In this document: piece by piece, positions 26,100 to 27,803 of the stretch
Layout: the number at the start of each line of letters is the position of its first letter
How positions within the stretch are numbered: position 1 is the first letter of the stretch
Source of the DNA: a virus
Lineage: Duplodnaviria; Caudoviricetes
Strand: one strand, 5' to 3'
Virus record (IMG/VR): IMGVR_UViG_3300006875_000115
Coordinates: 1-27,803 of that record
Length of the DNA stretch: 27,803 bases
Translations under genes and position numbers: made by a program
Notes under the pieces: generated by a model
Told to the model about the DNA's origin: nothing
What the model saw: the letters and a program-made list of their open reading frames with translations, nothing else
Database searches by the model: none

Positions 26100-26291
26100 A
26101 TGACAATTTTTAGATTTCTTGTAGTGAATAGGAATAACAATCTTTTGAATAAATTTACCAATTCAAAGGCAGTAGGAATATTTCTATGGGGTAAAAATGT
26201 AGATGACTATATCATCATTAAGAATGATTCTGATGGTGTAAGAGTTGTAAATTTAAATGATTTGAATAGTCCAGTCAAAAAAGGGCAGTAG
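26100..26291 (+). CDS. hypothetical protein (3' end runs into the tRNA-His-like gene)
   Basis: 63-aa ORF with AGGA upstream; stop at 26289..26291 lies inside the tRNA 5' region. Confidence 0.45.
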   Translation: MTIFRFLVVNRNNNLLNKFTNSKAVGIFLWGKNVDDYIIIKNDSDGVRVVNLNDLNSPVKKGQ

Positions 26292-26355
26292 TTTAAATGG
26301 TTAAAACGTCGGACTGTGATTCCGAAGAGTGTCGGTTCGAGTCCGACCGCACCTG
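26282..26355 (+). pseudogene. tRNA-His(GTG) with disrupted acceptor stem
   Basis: Good D-arm GTTT/AAAC, anticodon arm TCGGA-CTGTGAT-TCCGA and T-arm GTCGG-TTCGAGT-CCGAC. Acceptor AGGGCAG/CGCACCT pairs only 4 of 7 in register; no encoded CCA. Confidence 0.65.
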
Positions 26356-26369
26356 ACATAAATAATTAT

Positions 26370-26440
26370 AGTATATTAGTTTATTGGATAAAACACCGTA
26401 TCATACGGTGAAGTTGGTTCGATTCCAACATATGCTTCCA
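26370..26440 (+). tRNA. tRNA-like RNA with 3-nt anticodon loop (identity undetermined)
   Basis: Acceptor AGTATAT/ATATGCT plus TCCA; D-arm GTTT/AAAC; T-arm GTTGG-TTCGATT-CCAAC; anticodon arm CCGTA-TCA-TACGG. Confidence 0.7.
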
Positions 26441-26444
26441 ATAA

Positions 26445-26532
26445 GGGATGGTATACCACTAAAGACGTGGCCTGGACTGTAAATCCAGTGTTCGATTGAA
26501 CTGATAAGGAGCGTTACCTTGACATCCCACCA
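26445..26532 (+). tRNA. tRNA-Tyr(GTA), type II, non-canonical D and T loops
   Basis: Acceptor GGGATG/CATCCC plus ACCA; CTGGA-CTGTAAA-TCCAG; variable arm GTTC-GATT-GAAC; T-loop AGCGTTA. Confidence 0.82.
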
Positions 26533-26569
26533 AATTTTTTATTATTGATTACTATATAAGATACAATAA

Positions 26570-26715
26570 TCCCGGCTAGCTCAATGGTAGAGCACTTGAC
26601 TGTGGGACCAAGCGTAGAATGCAGTTGGGTAGAATATACCCAGCAATGCCGTGCGATACGGCTAGGTCCAAGATTAATCAGGTGGTTGTAGGTTCGAGTC
26701 CTGCGCTGGGAGCCA
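26570..26715 (+). tRNA. tRNA-Asn(GTT) interrupted by a 71-nt structured insert in the anticodon
   Basis: Acceptor TCCCGGC/GCTGGGA plus GCCA; D-arm GCTC-AATGGTA-GAGC; T-arm GTAGG-TTCGAGT-CCTGC. Removing 26604..26674 gives CTTGA-CTGTTAA-TCAGG. Confidence 0.85.
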
Positions 26716-27274
26716 TTTTTATTCTTCTAATCTTTTTCAATACTGTAACGTCAGATACACCTATTGTCTCAGCTATTTTTACTAATGACATAGTTTTATT
26801 CATTTCAATTAAATCATAATTGCTCCAATCTATTTTCTCTCGATTTGATCCAACACATGTTTGAGAACAAAATTTATATTGTGGAGGTTTTATTTTTCCA
26901 CAATGTTTGCATGGAGTTCCTACATTTTCCATAAGTCTTTTATATTGGAAATATTCTTCATCGAATTTTGAATAATTTTCTGGTATTGTTGCACTTCCAT
27001 CATGAATTTCTCTGTGGCAATTAGAACATAGTAATATACATTTTCGTAATTCCTCGGCAATAATATTCCAAGATTTAGGATTAGCTCTAACATCTCCTAG
27101 AGCATGTTCTTTCACTGATGGATCAATATGATGAAATTCTAATGCTGTAATAGATTTATTGTAATTACATATTGAACATTTCCCTCCCATGGATTCAACC
27201 ATTCGTTTTTTAGTTTCATTTCTCCACTTTTTAACTGCATCTGAACTTTTACTCACTATGATCTCCATTAACAA
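26678..27274 (-). CDS. HNH endonuclease with Zn-binding motifs and C-terminal HTH
   Basis: CSIC...LEFHH.DP...KCILLCSNCHREIH; CKHC...CSQTC; SLVKIAETIGVSDVTVLKKI. Antisense to the tRNA cluster. Confidence 0.88.
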   Translation of the reverse strand: MLMEIIVSKSSDAVKKWRNETKKRMVESMGGKCSICNYNKSITALEFHHIDPSVKEHALGDVRANPKSWNIIAEELRKCILLCSNCHREIHDGSATIPENYSKFDEEYFQYKRLMENVGTPCKHCGKIKPPQYKFCSQTCVGSNREKIDWSNYDLIEMNKTMSLVKIAETIGVSDVTVLKKIRRIKMAPSAGLEPTTT

Positions 27275-27317
27275 TGTCTGTTAATATTATATAGGGTTCG
27301 ATGCTTTGATTTTCTTC

Positions 27318-27346
27318 TTGACATCATACATAAGATGGTCTATACT
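27318..27346 (+). promoter_or_regulatory. sigma70-type promoter for the downstream tRNA
   Basis: TTGACA-17 nt-TATACT about 18 nt before the tRNA at 27365. Confidence 0.75.
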
Positions 27347-27364
27347 CCACAAACAATAGAATGT

Positions 27365-27441
27365 GGGTCTGTAGCTTAACTAGTTAAAGCCGTCACCTCA
27401 TAAGTGATTTTATGTCAGTGCAAATCCGACCGGACCTACCA
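27365..27441 (+). tRNA. tRNA with CAT anticodon (elongator Met or Ile2)
   Basis: Acceptor GGGTCTG/CGGACCT plus ACCA; GTCAC-CTCATAA-GTGAT; T-loop TGCAAAT. No initiator features. Confidence 0.85.
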
Positions 27442-27468
27442 AATCTTTATCAATAAAGGAATTATATT

Positions 27469-27803
27469 ATGACAACAGTAACATTACGTAAATCATCAGT
27501 TATTCAGCGGAATATTCAGGCCAAAATCAAGGAACTGAATAATACTATGGATTTTACTTCATGCAATATGGAAATTTGGAATACTAATCCAAATAAATTC
27601 GTTGATGATAATCGTAGGGTAGTCAAAGACAATATTGCTACCATCATTAAATTGCGTGAGGTATTACTTAAAATCCGCATTGATGTCGGTAAGACTAATA
27701 GTGCTGTTGGTATTAATGATTACCTAGCATCACGAGAATTAATTAAACATACTCTATCTAATCTAAATTCTCTCAGGAAATCTGTGCCACAATTAACACC
27801 AGA
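27469..27803 (+). CDS. hypothetical protein (partial, runs off window edge)
   Basis: AAAGGA SD, ATG at 27469, frame open to the end: MTTVTLRKSSVIQRNIQ...; not in the ORF track. Confidence 0.7.
   Translation, partial: MTTVTLRKSSVIQRNIQAKIKELNNTMDFTSCNMEIWNTNPNKFVDDNRRVVKDNIATIIKLREVLLKIRIDVGKTNSAVGINDYLASRELIKHTLSNLNSLRKSVPQLTP

Noticed and set aside
26370-26440. Opal suppressor or selenocysteine tRNA, implying a recoded genome
   Set aside because: The TCA-centred fold needs A33 and a 2-nt variable loop, and there is no long Sec variable arm. Core genes read through in code 11 with no internal stops, and TGA, TAG and TAA all serve as stops.
26602-26674. Group II (GTGGG...AT ends) or group I intron in tRNA-Asn
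   Set aside because: Splicing at GTGGG/AT would leave a 5-nt loop. There is no domain V, no P7 core or terminal G, and the element is far too short.
26619-26819. Plus-strand 66-aa ORF starting inside the tRNA-Asn insert
   Set aside because: It overlaps the tRNA and the antisense HNH gene, lacks a clear SD and has no protein motif; the RNA structure explains the sequence.

Overview
AT-rich segment of a T4-like (Tevenvirinae/Straboviridae-type) myophage genome. The minus strand from about 9.4 to 19.6 kb carries the T4 replication block: gp45 clamp, gp44/gp62 clamp loader, regA, gp43 polymerase, uvsX and gp41 helicase. Accessory genes sit inside it (GH19 endolysin, HD hydrolase, MazG-like pyrophosphatase), and upstream lie an intein-containing glycosyltransferase-like gene and a GIY-YIG endonuclease. 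Two accessory regions stand out. (1) At 2.5-6.4 kb is a translationally coupled array of small genes, six of which begin with the same MISF(K/R)NFL-x-E leader, resembling the T4 internal-protein capsid-targeting sequence. Five carry ADP-ribosyltransferase-like domains and one a ParB/Srx-like domain, suggesting a virion-packaged, injected effector arsenal. (2) At 23.6-27.4 kb is a tRNA region where several RNAs are structurally abnormal: a tRNA-Asn with a 71-nt cloverleaf insert in its anticodon, an Arg(TCT) tRNA-like RNA with no D-arm in the normal position, and a tRNA whose anticodon loop has collapsed to 3 nt. The region also holds an unclassified ~160-nt structured RNA and two endonuclease genes that overlap the odd tRNAs. 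All family assignments come from motif recognition by eye; no database searches were run.
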